A stretch of DNA of 64,000 nt from NCBI GenBank assembly GCA_026125285.1, contig JAHCLO010000012.1:85008-149007 (forward strand). Reading direction: 5' to 3'. The DNA comes from Verrucomicrobiia bacterium. Its GTDB lineage: Bacteria > Verrucomicrobiota > Verrucomicrobiia > Limisphaerales > JADLHS01. The notes beneath the pieces were generated by a model that ran no database searches, was not told the origin of the DNA, and worked only from the letters and a program-made list of their open reading frames with translations. The position numbers and the translations under genes are program-made. This document shows positions 6,986-16,920 of the stretch, piece after piece; the first letter of the stretch is position 1; every line of letters begins with the position of its first letter.

Positions 6986-8392
6986 ATGAGTATTTCAAAC
7001 CTCCTTTGCCGGGCAGTAATGATCGGCTTTTTGTCGGCTGCGACGTCGTTCGGCAGCATCCAGGTCGTTACCGAGCGCAACGACAGCGCGGATGCCTCCG
7101 CGGCGTTCCAATTCCAGAACGTGCCCCGCCCGGCGCGCGGGGATGCCGCCGCCAATGCCAGGTTCACCCTCGTGGATGGTGTGATTGATCCCAACGGCGG
7201 CGGTTTGGCCACCCTCAATGATGGCCGCTTGCCCACCGAGGACGACCAGCCGGCCCGGAACTTTTTCTTCAACGCCCGCACCGCCGGGGGCCGACTGCTT
7301 CTGGACTTGGGCAGCGTGATTGAGATCCAGCAGATCAACACCTACTCATGGCACGCCAGCCTGCGCGGTCCGCAGGTGTATCAACTTTACGCCAGCGACG
7401 GCGCGGCGGCTGAGTTTAATCCCCGTCCGACATCGAACACCGACCCCGCGCAAGGTGGCTGGAAGCTGATCGCGAAGGTGGATACGCGCCCCGCGAGCGG
7501 CGACAGCGGCGGTCAGTATGGCGTGAGCGTTTTCGATTCCGCCGGCAACCTCGGCCAGTTTCGGCATCTGCTGTTCGTCATTGCGCGCACGACGGTGGAT
7601 GATCCTTTTGACAACACGTTCTACTCGGAGATTGACGTGGTGGATGCCAACGCGCCGGCCATTGCGGAAACCGAGCCGGCCGGGCCCGCCACCCCGGTCA
7701 CGCACACTTTCGAAGCGGAGGAGGGCAAATACCATATCACCATAGATACCACGGTCGCGCCAGATTTAACCGAGTGGGCGGAAATGGAACTTAAGCCCGT
7801 CGTGCAGGAGTGGTATCCGAAGATCGTCGAGATGTTGCCCAGCGAAGGCTTCACGGCCCCGTCGCGCGTCACGATTACTTTTCGGGACAACATGGGTGGC
7901 ACGCCCGCCTCGGCTGGCGGCAGCCGCATCAATTGCAACGCGGACTGGTTTCGGCGCAACCTGAGAGGCGAAGCCATCGGTTCGGTGGTGCATGAGATGG
8001 TGCATGTCGTCCAACAATATGGCCGCGCGCGGCGCGGTGATCCCAACGTCACCCGTCCGCCCGGCTGGCTGGTGGAGGGCATACCGGATTACATCCGGTG
8101 GTTCTTGTACGAACCGCAGACGCGCGGCGCGGAAATCACCTCCCGCAATTTTGCCCGTGCCCGTTACGACGCCAGCTATCGTGTCACCGGGAACTTTCTC
8201 AACTGGGCGGTCGAAAAGCATGGCCAGGAAGTGGTGGTGAACCTGAACGCCGCCGCGCGTCAGGGCCGTTACCGCGAAGATTTGTGGAAGGATTACACCG
8301 GCAAAACCGTCCAGGAGTTGGGCGAGGAATGGCGCGAGGCTCATCGCATCCGGCTGGGTCTGCCCGCCGACACGGATACCCCAGCCAATTGA
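6986..8392 (+). CDS. Secreted basic-secretory-protein (BSP) family zinc metallopeptidase-like protein with an N-terminal beta-sandwich region
   Basis: Signal-like N-terminus MSISNLLCRAVMIGFLSAATSFG. HExxH in SVVHEMVHVVQQY, followed by WLVEGIPDYIRW and TGNFLNW as in plant/bacterial BSP peptidases. In-frame ATG at 6986 within ORF 6506..8392. Confidence 0.7.
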   Translation: MSISNLLCRAVMIGFLSAATSFGSIQVVTERNDSADASAAFQFQNVPRPARGDAAANARFTLVDGVIDPNGGGLATLNDGRLPTEDDQPARNFFFNARTAGGRLLLDLGSVIEIQQINTYSWHASLRGPQVYQLYASDGAAAEFNPRPTSNTDPAQGGWKLIAKVDTRPASGDSGGQYGVSVFDSAGNLGQFRHLLFVIARTTVDDPFDNTFYSEIDVVDANAPAIAETEPAGPATPVTHTFEAEEGKYHITIDTTVAPDLTEWAEMELKPVVQEWYPKIVEMLPSEGFTAPSRVTITFRDNMGGTPASAGGSRINCNADWFRRNLRGEAIGSVVHEMVHVVQQYGRARRGDPNVTRPPGWLVEGIPDYIRWFLYEPQTRGAEITSRNFARARYDASYRVTGNFLNWAVEKHGQEVVVNLNAAARQGRYREDLWKDYTGKTVQELGEEWREAHRIRLGLPADTDTPAN

Positions 8393-8549
8393 GTTGGTAT
8401 GCTCAAGTCCGAGTTCCTGCCTTGCACGGTTCCCAAGCTCGCGAGACGGAACCGGGTCTGGCCCAGAAGCGGTGGTTCTTCGTTCAGGTCCGCCCCCCGA
8501 TTGCGACAAGCCTTGCCAAACGGCATCCCGCCTGCTTAATTCCGCGGCA

Positions 8550-8879
8550 ATGCAGCAATTCATGGCCAAAGCGACCGGCTGGCTCCGTCAGGTGATGACT
8601 GGGCTGGTAGCGGTTTTGTTGCTGGGCTTGGGATTGCTGGCGGCCAGTGGTAACGTCCATCAGGCCCTTCACGCGGACGCCGCGACACCGCACGCTCCCT
8701 GCGCGGTCTGCATGTTGGCGCAGGGCCAACTTGAGGCGGTGGGGTCGGAACTGCCTATTCTCCTGACACCAGCAATGCTGGGTTGGTCACTTCCCAAGTC
8801 GCAGCCCGCGGCCCCGCTGGGCTTCGATTATTCGGTCGCTTTCAGCCGTGGTCCACCGGCTTCATCTCCTTCCCGGTAG
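8550..8879 (+). CDS. Small membrane protein with a CxxC motif (DUF2946-like), metal-cluster accessory
   Basis: One TM segment (VMTGLVAVLLLGLGLLAA), then HADAATPHAPCAVCMLAQGQ. Located directly upstream of the porin/ZnuA-like genes. In-frame ATG at 8550. Confidence 0.45.
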   Translation: MQQFMAKATGWLRQVMTGLVAVLLLGLGLLAASGNVHQALHADAATPHAPCAVCMLAQGQLEAVGSELPILLTPAMLGWSLPKSQPAAPLGFDYSVAFSRGPPASSPSR

Positions 8880-8980
8880 TCCGTGATCGAGTGGCCGGCC
8901 GCGTTGGGCCTGGCTCCAAACCTGACTTTGGTCGTACCCATCGTGATTGGGTACGGTGGATGATTCCTTGAGAAAAAGCG

Positions 8981-10498
8981 ATGAAAGCGACGTGTATGAA
9001 ATTTATGAGTGCGGTGGGGGCGCTGGGACTCGGCCTGTGTGCCGCGTCGGCGCAGGGGACGAACGAATTGGAACAGTTGCGGTCGGAATTGCGCGAGATG
9101 CGCGAGCGGGTGCGCGAGATGGAACAGCAACTCCAGCGATTGGAGCAGAAGCCGCCTGCCGCCGCACCTGCGGCGGTGGTTCCGGTGGCGCCCGCGCCGG
9201 ATTCCACGCCGAAACCAGTCCGAACCAGTTGGTCGCCGACGGATCCGATTCGTGTGGGCAGCGGGAGCGCCTACATGGATATGGGTTTGGTGGGCACCTT
9301 CGCGGTGGGGGGTTCGACGGCCAAGGACATCGAAGGCGGCACGCAACCCGGCGGGCACGATCCCAATCAACGCGGATTCACGGTGCAGGGACTGGAGGCA
9401 AATTTCACCGGTGCGGTGGACCCCTATTTCCGGGGCAATGCCAATGTGCTGTTCAGCCTTGATTCCGAAGGCGAGTCGTTCTTGGAATTGGAGGAGGCCT
9501 GGCTGGAAACGATTTCCCTGCCCGGCAATCTGCAGCTTCGCGCCGGGCAATACCTGACGGAGTTTGGCCGAATCAACACGCAGCATCCGCATCAGTGGTC
9601 ATTCGTGGATTCGCCGTTGGTGAGCGCGCGGTTCCTGGGGCCGGATGGATTGCGCAATCCCGGCGCGCGGGCTTCGTGGTTGATGCCGACGCCGTTCTAT
9701 TCCGAGTTGTTCCTGGGGGTGCAGAACAGTCACGGCGAGACGGCTTCGAGTTTCCGCAGTGGCGGGCACAGTCATGGCCACGGGCAGGAAGACGAGGCTT
9801 TGCCATTCGCCTACCGTCATGCGGACAATGACCGCGGCGTCCGCGGGATGGGCGATTTGTTGTTCACGCCGCGCTGGGCGACTTCGTTTGACCTGACAGA
9901 TACTCAGGTGTTGCTGCTGGGCGCGTCGGCGGCGTTCGGGCCAAACAGCAGTGGTGAGGGCGGGGACACGACCACGCAGATCTACGGGATGGACCTGACC
10001 TGGAAATGGAAATCGCCCAATGCGCACGCGGGTTTTCCGTTCGTGATGTGGCAGAGCGAGGCCCTGTTGCGGCGCTATCAGGCGGGGGCATTTGACTGGC
10101 AGGAGGTCGTGGAAGAAGGCGAGGAAGCAATCATGGATGACGAACTGATGGCGCCGGCACAATTGCGGCGGGAAACGCTCACCGACTACGGATTCTATTC
10201 GCAACTGCTGTGGGGCTTCCGCAAAGGCTGGGTGGCGGGCCTGCGGTTCGATTACGTGGACAGCGTGAAAGCTGATTACGAGAAACGGAATCTCTCGCTG
10301 GATGAATCCGCCTTGGGACGGGACCCGCTGCGCGCCGCTCGCTGGCGAGTATCGCCCAATCTCACGTGGTATCCGACGGAATACTCGAAGGTCCGTTTGC
10401 AGTACAACTACGATGACCGTCGTTATAGCGGCACGGATCACTCGGTCTGGCTGCAGTTCGAGTTCTTGCTGGGGGCGCACGCGGCGCACAAGTTTTGA
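8981..10498 (+). CDS. Outer-membrane beta-barrel porin (OprO/P-like) with an N-terminal coiled coil and a His-rich loop
   Basis: Signal peptide, coiled coil ELEQLRSELREMRERVREMEQQLQRLEQ, His-rich SGGHSHGHGQEDE, alternating beta-strand pattern and a terminal aromatic (...AAHKF). Confidence 0.65.
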   Translation: MKATCMKFMSAVGALGLGLCAASAQGTNELEQLRSELREMRERVREMEQQLQRLEQKPPAAAPAAVVPVAPAPDSTPKPVRTSWSPTDPIRVGSGSAYMDMGLVGTFAVGGSTAKDIEGGTQPGGHDPNQRGFTVQGLEANFTGAVDPYFRGNANVLFSLDSEGESFLELEEAWLETISLPGNLQLRAGQYLTEFGRINTQHPHQWSFVDSPLVSARFLGPDGLRNPGARASWLMPTPFYSELFLGVQNSHGETASSFRSGGHSHGHGQEDEALPFAYRHADNDRGVRGMGDLLFTPRWATSFDLTDTQVLLLGASAAFGPNSSGEGGDTTTQIYGMDLTWKWKSPNAHAGFPFVMWQSEALLRRYQAGAFDWQEVVEEGEEAIMDDELMAPAQLRRETLTDYGFYSQLLWGFRKGWVAGLRFDYVDSVKADYEKRNLSLDESALGRDPLRAARWRVSPNLTWYPTEYSKVRLQYNYDDRRYSGTDHSVWLQFEFLLGAHAAHKF

Positions 10499-10526
10499 AC
10501 CCCGGTGGTCATCTCGCGATACGAAT

Positions 10527-11537
10527 ATGAAAACGACGTGGACAAAGACAGCACCCCGGCGCAGAGAGTTCAGGGATGCAAAAGAACCGGGAGTGCGAAG
10601 ATCATTTGCGGAGCGTTGCTCCATTGGTTCTACGACTTTCGGTCTGGTTGGCGGAGCATTGCTGTTCGCGGCAACGGCGCAGGCCAAGTTGAATGTCGTC
10701 GCTACCACGCCGGACCTGGGCGCCATTGCACATGAAATTGGCGGTAACCAGATCGAACTCACCACCATGGCGCGGCCTACGGAGGACCCGCACTTTGTGG
10801 ATGCCCGCCCCAGCTTCATCGTGAAACTCAATCGGGCAGATGCGCTGATCCATGGCGGGGCGGAGTTGGAGGGCGGTTGGCTGCCCAAACTGGTGGAGCA
10901 AGCCCGCAACGCCCGGATCATCTCGGCCGCGCAAGGCAACGTAAATTGTTGTGAAGGCGTGCGGATGCTGGAAGTGCCGGACCAACTCGACCGCTCGAAG
11001 GGTGACATCCACGCGACGGGCAATCCCCATTACCTCGTGGACCCGGTGAACGCGAAGATCGTGGCCCACCACATCGCGGACGCCTTCGGCCAGCTCGACG
11101 CCGCGAACCGTGAGTTTTACGAAACGAACGCGAAGAAGTTCAGCGCGACACTGGAGGCGAAGCTCGCCGGGTGGCAGGCGAAGCTCGCACCATTCCAGGG
11201 GCAGCAGTTGGTCGCGTATCACAACTCATGGGTGTATTTCGCGCAGCGCTTCGGCCTGAGGATCGATTTGTTTCTCGAACCCAAACCGGGGATTCCGCCA
11301 TCGCCCGCGCACCTGGCAAGTGTGATGGCGAAGATGAAGGAAACCGGCGCCCGCGTGATCATCGTTGACCCCTATTTGAATCGGCGGACCGCTGAAACGG
11401 TGGCGCGTGGCACCGGGGCGACGGTGGTGGACGTGGCCCAGTTCCCCGGCGGGGTCAAAGGCACGGAGGCCGGCTATATCCCGCTGATGGATTATCTGGT
11501 GGATGTGCTGGCGAAAGCGTTGGGCGAAACGAAATGA
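10527..11537 (+). CDS. Metal ABC transporter substrate-binding protein (ZnuA/TroA family)
   Basis: LNVVATTPDLGAIAHEIGG...EDPHFVDARPS...GDIHATGNPHYLVDP...LVAYHNSWVYFAQRFGL is typical of the ZnuA/TroA cluster-9 fold. In-frame ATG at 10527. Confidence 0.85.
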   Translation: MKTTWTKTAPRRREFRDAKEPGVRRSFAERCSIGSTTFGLVGGALLFAATAQAKLNVVATTPDLGAIAHEIGGNQIELTTMARPTEDPHFVDARPSFIVKLNRADALIHGGAELEGGWLPKLVEQARNARIISAAQGNVNCCEGVRMLEVPDQLDRSKGDIHATGNPHYLVDPVNAKIVAHHIADAFGQLDAANREFYETNAKKFSATLEAKLAGWQAKLAPFQGQQLVAYHNSWVYFAQRFGLRIDLFLEPKPGIPPSPAHLASVMAKMKETGARVIIVDPYLNRRTAETVARGTGATVVDVAQFPGGVKGTEAGYIPLMDYLVDVLAKALGETK

Positions 11538-11643
11538 ACAGCCAACGTCCAACATCAGATTCCCAATCTCAAATGGCTTGCAGGGGCAGGCGGGTGGGGG
11601 AAGAGCGCGCGAAGGCAGGTTGCCGGGAAGGGACTTCTTAGAC

Positions 11644-12492
11644 ATGGATGCACCGGACGCATTGACCTGGGCCCAAATCATGTCGGTCATGAAATGGCCG
11701 CTGGTCGCGTGCCTGTTGTTACCGGGCATTCTCGTTTATTACGGCCTGCACATCCTCCGCCGGGAAGTGATTTTCGTGGACCTGGCGCTGGCACAGGTGG
11801 CCACACTGGGCACGTGTTTCTGTCTTTACCTCGGCCACGAGGCGGACGATCCCCACAACTATTTCTGGTCGCTGGGCTTCACTCTGGCGGGGGCGCTGAT
11901 CTTCACCTTTACCCGGCCGACGCGCCGTCCGCGCGTGCCGCAAGAGGCGCTGATCGGAATTGTCTATGTCGTGGCAGCGGCGGCGGGCATTCTGTTGTTG
12001 AGCAAAAGCCCGCACGGCAAGGAGGAATTGCAGAAGACGCTGGTGGGCGATTTGCTCACCGTAACGTGGCCGCAAATCTGGAAGACCACGGCCCTCTACG
12101 CCGGGATTGCCGCGGTCCATTTTATCTTTCGCAGACAATTCATCATGCTGTCGTTCGATCATGACAAAGCCGTCGCCGAAGGCATGAGGGTGCGTTTGTG
12201 GGATTTTCTTTTTTACGCGTTGTTCGGTTTGATCGTCACAAGCTTCGTGCAGGTCGGCGGAGTGTTGCTCGTGTTTTCCTATCTCATCGTGCCGGCGGCG
12301 TGCGGCAACTTTCTGGCTGTGTCGCTGCCCGCGCGCCTGGCGATTGGCTGGGGAGTCGCCACGCTGGCGAGCATGGGCGGACTCTATGCTTCGTTTCAAC
12401 TCGACGTGCCGACCGGCGCCGCCATCGTCTGTGCGCTGGGGGGGGTCTTGTTGTTGACGTTAATTGTCCCGAAGTTGCGGCGCACTGTATGA
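11644..12492 (+). CDS. Metal ABC transporter permease (ABC-3/ZnuB family)
   Basis: Multi-TM protein with FVDLALAQVATLG, GILLLSKSPHG and LIVPAACGNFL segments typical of ABC-3 permeases. In-frame ATG at 11644. Confidence 0.8.
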   Translation: MDAPDALTWAQIMSVMKWPLVACLLLPGILVYYGLHILRREVIFVDLALAQVATLGTCFCLYLGHEADDPHNYFWSLGFTLAGALIFTFTRPTRRPRVPQEALIGIVYVVAAAAGILLLSKSPHGKEELQKTLVGDLLTVTWPQIWKTTALYAGIAAVHFIFRRQFIMLSFDHDKAVAEGMRVRLWDFLFYALFGLIVTSFVQVGGVLLVFSYLIVPAACGNFLAVSLPARLAIGWGVATLASMGGLYASFQLDVPTGAAIVCALGGVLLLTLIVPKLRRTV

Positions 12493-12520
12493 TGTGACTT
12501 GCCAGCCGAAGCGCGGGCGA

Positions 12521-15500
12521 TCATGACGCGACTTCGCCGGACTTCCTGCCCTTGAACAGCGTGTAGAGTGCCGGCAACACCAGGAGCGTAAGCAGCGTGT
12601 TCGTGAAGATCCCGCCGATCACCACCGTCGCCAACGGGCGTTGCACCTCCCCGCCTACGCCCACGTTCACCGCCATCGGGAGGAAGCCTACCGCGGCGAC
12701 CAGTGCCGTCATCAGCACCGGACGGAGGCGCACCAGGCAGCCCTGACGGACCGCGTGCTCCAACGGAGTGCCGTCATCGAGCTTCTGCTTGATGAACGTG
12801 ACGAGCACGAGACCGTTCAGAATGGCCACACCGCTCAAGGCAATAAAGCCGATGGCCGAACTCACCGTGAACGGCAGCCCGCGTAGCCATAACGCCAGTA
12901 CGCCTCCCACCAACCCCAGCGGAAATCCCGACGCCACGATGAGCACCTCGCGCAAGGATTTCAGGCTGAAAAACAGCAGCACAAGAATCAGTGCCAGCGC
13001 CATCGGGACCACGAACATCAGTTTCCGGTTCGCGCGTTGCATGTTCTCGAACTGCCCGCCCCATTCGATGGTGTAACCTTCGGGCAGCTGCACCTGTGCC
13101 GCAATCTTTGCCCGCGCTTCGGCAACGAAACTTTTCACATCCCGCCCGCGCACGTTGGACTGCACGGTAATTCGGCGCTTGCCCCATTCGCGACTGATGG
13201 TGGACGGGCCTTCCAGTTCCGTGATCTTCGCAACCTGATTCAGAGGGAGCACCGGCCCCGCGGCCGTGGGAATGAGCGTCGCCGCCAGCGCGTCCGGATC
13301 AGTGCGTTGCCGGTCGGGCAGGCGCACCACCAAGGGGAAGCGCCGCTGACCTTCGCGCACATCACCCACGCGCCGCGAGCCGACCGCCTCCACGACGTTT
13401 AACACGTTGCGGGTCGGCACGCCATAACGCGCAATGGCCTGTGAGTCCACCTTCACCTGCAGAAATGTCTGCCCCGTCAACTGTTCCACCGATGCCTCGC
13501 TCGCGCCGCGAATCCCCGCCAGCACGGCCTGGACTTCGCCGCCCAACCGGCGCAGTTCCTCCAAATCGTCGCCATAGAATTTGATGGCCACGTCGCCGCG
13601 CACGCCGGCGATCATTTCGTTCAACCGCATTTCGATGGGCTGGCTGAACGCAGGCTTGAGTCCCGGCACCTGGTTCAGAACGTCGCGCATCCTCTCGGTC
13701 AACTCCGTCTGCGTGCGCGCCTGTTTCCATAGCGCCCGCGGCTTGAGCGCCAGAAAGAAATCCGCCAGTTCGACCCCCATCGGGTCGGTGGCCACTTCCG
13801 CCGTGCCCAGGCGCGTCCAGATGTGTTCAATCTCATCCGGGAACTCGGCCATCAATACCCGTTCAATCCGGTCGTTTTGCACCACGGCCTCATCCACGGA
13901 AATGCCCGCCAGGCGGACGGTCGTCCCGACGATCGCACCCTCGCCCAGCTTGGGGAGAAACTCCCCGCCCATGCGCGCGGCGAGGAACGCCGTGCCGATG
14001 AACAACGCCAGCGCGCCCAGCAGTGTCAGCTTGCGAAACCGCAGCGCGAATCCCAACCCCGGCTCGTAAAGGCGGTGCGCCAAACGCACCAGCCACGGTT
14101 CAGTCTCCTTGACCTGCTTGGGCAGCAACAAGGTCGCCAGCACCGGCGTCAGCGTGAGTGCCAGAATGATCGAACCAAGCAGCGCGAAAATCAGCGTGAG
14201 CGCCATCGGCTTGAACAGTTTTCCTTCGATGCCCTCCAGCGTGAGAATGGGCAGAAACACAATCATGATGATGCCCACGCCGAACGCCACGGGTCGGGCG
14301 ACTTCCAAAGGCGCGAGCTGGAGGACGTGCAGCCGCTCCTCCTCCGTCAGCCGCCGTCCGAGTTTGTGCTGTTTTTCCGCCAGCCGCCGCATCGCGTTCT
14401 CCACCATCACCACGGCGCCGTCCACAATCAGTCCGAAGTCCACCGCGCCGAGGCTCAAGAGGCTGGCGGCGATGCCGGCCTGCAACATGAAGTTGCCGGC
14501 GAATAACATGGAAAGTGGAATCGCCACCGCCACAATCAGTCCGGCCCGCAAGTTGCCCAGGAACGCAAACAGGATGGCGATGACCAACAGCGCGCCGGCG
14601 AACAGGTTGTGCCGGACCGTGCGAATCACGTTGGCCACCAGTTCCGTCCGGTCGTAGAGCACCTCCAGGATTACATCCGGCGGCAAAAACCTCTGCACCT
14701 CCGCAAGTTTGTCCTTGAGCGCGTGCGTCACCACCGCGCTGTTCTCGCCCATGAGCATGAAACCGAGTCCCAGCACCGCTTCGCCCCGGCCATTCGCCGT
14801 CACCGCACCCCGGCGGATTTCATGATCTTCCTTCACCGTGGCCACGTCGCGCACATGCACCGGGGTCCCGTCATGACTGGTGATGACAATGTTTCCGATT
14901 TCCTCGATGTTTGTCGTGAGGCCAACGCCGTGGACCAGCAATGATTCGCCGCCACGCACGATCTGCCCGCCGCCCACGTTCTGGTTGTTCGCTTGCAGCG
15001 CCTCGACGAGGTCTTCGAACGTCAGCCGGTATTTGATGAGCCGGTCGGTTTCCACCACCACGTGGAATTGTTTTTCGAATCCACCCCAGGTATTTACCTC
15101 GGCCACGCCGGGCACCTTGCGCAGTTCCGGCTTCACCACCCAATCCTGGAGCGTGCGCAGTTCCGCCGGCGTGCGGTTGGTGTCGGTGGAGCGCACGACA
15201 TAATGGAACACCTCGCCGAGGCCGGTGGCGATTGGGCCAAGCTGCGGACGCGCCAGGCCCTCCGCCAGTTCCACGGTTTGCAACTGTTCCGAGATGAGTT
15301 GCCGCGCCTTGAAGATGTCCGTGCGGTCGTCGAACGTTGCGACGACTTGCGACAGCCCGAACTTCGAGATCGAACGCACGTTCAGCAGACCCGGCAGACC
15401 GCTGATGGCCAGTTCCACCGGCACCGTGATCTGCGCCTCCGTTTCCTGCGGGTTCAGTGCCGCCGCCGTGGTGTTGATTTGCACCTGCACGGGCGTCGTG

Positions 15501-15622
15501 TCCGGGAAGGCGTCAATTGGCAGAATGCTCAAACTTCGCCCGCCGATGACCACGAGCGCCGCCGCCAGCACGCAGACCAGCAAGCGGTTCTTGAGCGAGA
15601 AGGTGATGATTGAATTCAACAT
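12521..15622 (-). CDS. czcA: Heavy-metal efflux RND transporter, CzcA/CusA family
   Basis: 1033 aa with 12-TM RND architecture. N-terminus MLNSIITFSLKNRLLV...IDAFPDTTPVQVQI is typical of HME-RND pumps. Confidence 0.9.
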   Translation of the reverse strand: MLNSIITFSLKNRLLVCVLAAALVVIGGRSLSILPIDAFPDTTPVQVQINTTAAALNPQETEAQITVPVELAISGLPGLLNVRSISKFGLSQVVATFDDRTDIFKARQLISEQLQTVELAEGLARPQLGPIATGLGEVFHYVVRSTDTNRTPAELRTLQDWVVKPELRKVPGVAEVNTWGGFEKQFHVVVETDRLIKYRLTFEDLVEALQANNQNVGGGQIVRGGESLLVHGVGLTTNIEEIGNIVITSHDGTPVHVRDVATVKEDHEIRRGAVTANGRGEAVLGLGFMLMGENSAVVTHALKDKLAEVQRFLPPDVILEVLYDRTELVANVIRTVRHNLFAGALLVIAILFAFLGNLRAGLIVAVAIPLSMLFAGNFMLQAGIAASLLSLGAVDFGLIVDGAVVMVENAMRRLAEKQHKLGRRLTEEERLHVLQLAPLEVARPVAFGVGIIMIVFLPILTLEGIEGKLFKPMALTLIFALLGSIILALTLTPVLATLLLPKQVKETEPWLVRLAHRLYEPGLGFALRFRKLTLLGALALFIGTAFLAARMGGEFLPKLGEGAIVGTTVRLAGISVDEAVVQNDRIERVLMAEFPDEIEHIWTRLGTAEVATDPMGVELADFFLALKPRALWKQARTQTELTERMRDVLNQVPGLKPAFSQPIEMRLNEMIAGVRGDVAIKFYGDDLEELRRLGGEVQAVLAGIRGASEASVEQLTGQTFLQVKVDSQAIARYGVPTRNVLNVVEAVGSRRVGDVREGQRRFPLVVRLPDRQRTDPDALAATLIPTAAGPVLPLNQVAKITELEGPSTISREWGKRRITVQSNVRGRDVKSFVAEARAKIAAQVQLPEGYTIEWGGQFENMQRANRKLMFVVPMALALILVLLFFSLKSLREVLIVASGFPLGLVGGVLALWLRGLPFTVSSAIGFIALSGVAILNGLVLVTFIKQKLDDGTPLEHAVRQGCLVRLRPVLMTALVAAVGFLPMAVNVGVGGEVQRPLATVVIGGIFTNTLLTLLVLPALYTLFKGRKSGEVAS

Positions 15623-15633
15623 GGCGCGTAGCT

Positions 15634-16914
15634 TTAATCGTCAGCGCATCCCGCCCCGAGCCGCGACATCAACATCGCCGACTTGATGGCGAAGGCGTGA
15701 TTCACCGCCACTTCCTCCCGCGGCTGCAAACCCGTCAGGATTTCCTGCCGCCCGTCGAATCTCGCTCCGAGTGTCACGGCCCGCGCGTCGAACAAATCCT
15801 CCCCCAACTTCACAAACACGAACGGCTTGCCGCCGACATGCTGGATGGCCGAGGGCGGTACCAGCACCGCCCCTTCCGCCTGGCGCGTCAGAATCCGCGC
15901 GGTGGCGAACATCTTGTCCTTGAGCAAGCGGTCCGGGTTGGCGAACTCCGCGCGGGCGCGGGCCATCCGCGTGCGCTCATCCACCGCCGGACCGAGCCAG
16001 GTGAGCTTGCCCAGGAACACCTTGCCTGGCAGTGAATCCACCCGCAGTTCCACCGCCTGGCCCACATGCACCCGCGCGAGGGTTGCTTCCGGCACTTGGA
16101 GCATGGCCCACACAGTTGAATGGTCCACCAGCGTGAACAGCGGCTTGCCCGTCTCCACCAGCGCGCCGCGCACCGCCATCCGCTCGACGATTTCCCCGGC
16201 GAACGGAGCGCGCACTTCCATCAACACCTGCTCCTGCGGCCGGACGCTCAACTCCTCCACCTGGGCTTCGGTGAAACCCAGCGTGCGGAGTTGCTGGCAC
16301 GCTGTGCGGTGCGCGGCTTCGGCCTCCTGCAAATCCTTTTCCGACGTCACGCGTTCGGCCCGCAGCTTCCTTTCCCGGTCCAACGTTTGGTGCGACAACA
16401 CCGCTTTGGCCACGGCTTCCGCAATCGCGGCGGACCAAAGCTTCGCCACGGTTTGACCCTCCTCGACCTTCGTGCCCAAATCCACAGCCACTGTCTGCAC
16501 CACGCCGCTCACGGGTGCGGCGATCTGCGCCAGCTTGTTCTGATTGAAGCTTACTTCGGCTATGCACTCGACGCCCTCGGTTATCGCCCCAACTGCCGGT
16601 GTCGCAGTTTGCACCCCGACAATCTTCGTGGAGTTCGTCGAAGGCAGCCGCACCTTCATGCTCTCACCCGATCTGAGTTGCGTCGCGAGGTCGGGTTTGC
16701 ACACCGCGCACTCGTCTTCCGGCACGCCATGTTCCACGCACAACCGCACTCCGTTCCTCGTTTCGGTGTGGGCGTGGGCCTCGCCATGGTCGCCGGGACG
16801 ATGACCATGACCATCTTCTGACGAGTGTCCTTCCTGTTTCGCGCAGCCGGCGAACAACGCCATTGCGGCGACCATCGCGACGGTTACGAACTTGAGAGTG
16901 GTGTGAAGTTTCAT
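15634..16914 (-). CDS. czcB: Efflux RND periplasmic adaptor (membrane fusion protein) with a His-rich N-terminus
   Basis: Lipoprotein signal (LFAGC), HSSEDGHGHRPGDHGEAHAHTE, then a HlyD/CzcB-like barrel-sandwich hybrid. Located directly upstream of the RND pump. Confidence 0.85.
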   Translation of the reverse strand: MKLHTTLKFVTVAMVAAMALFAGCAKQEGHSSEDGHGHRPGDHGEAHAHTETRNGVRLCVEHGVPEDECAVCKPDLATQLRSGESMKVRLPSTNSTKIVGVQTATPAVGAITEGVECIAEVSFNQNKLAQIAAPVSGVVQTVAVDLGTKVEEGQTVAKLWSAAIAEAVAKAVLSHQTLDRERKLRAERVTSEKDLQEAEAAHRTACQQLRTLGFTEAQVEELSVRPQEQVLMEVRAPFAGEIVERMAVRGALVETGKPLFTLVDHSTVWAMLQVPEATLARVHVGQAVELRVDSLPGKVFLGKLTWLGPAVDERTRMARARAEFANPDRLLKDKMFATARILTRQAEGAVLVPPSAIQHVGGKPFVFVKLGEDLFDARAVTLGARFDGRQEILTGLQPREEVAVNHAFAIKSAMLMSRLGAGCADD

Positions 16915-16920
16915 GGTGAA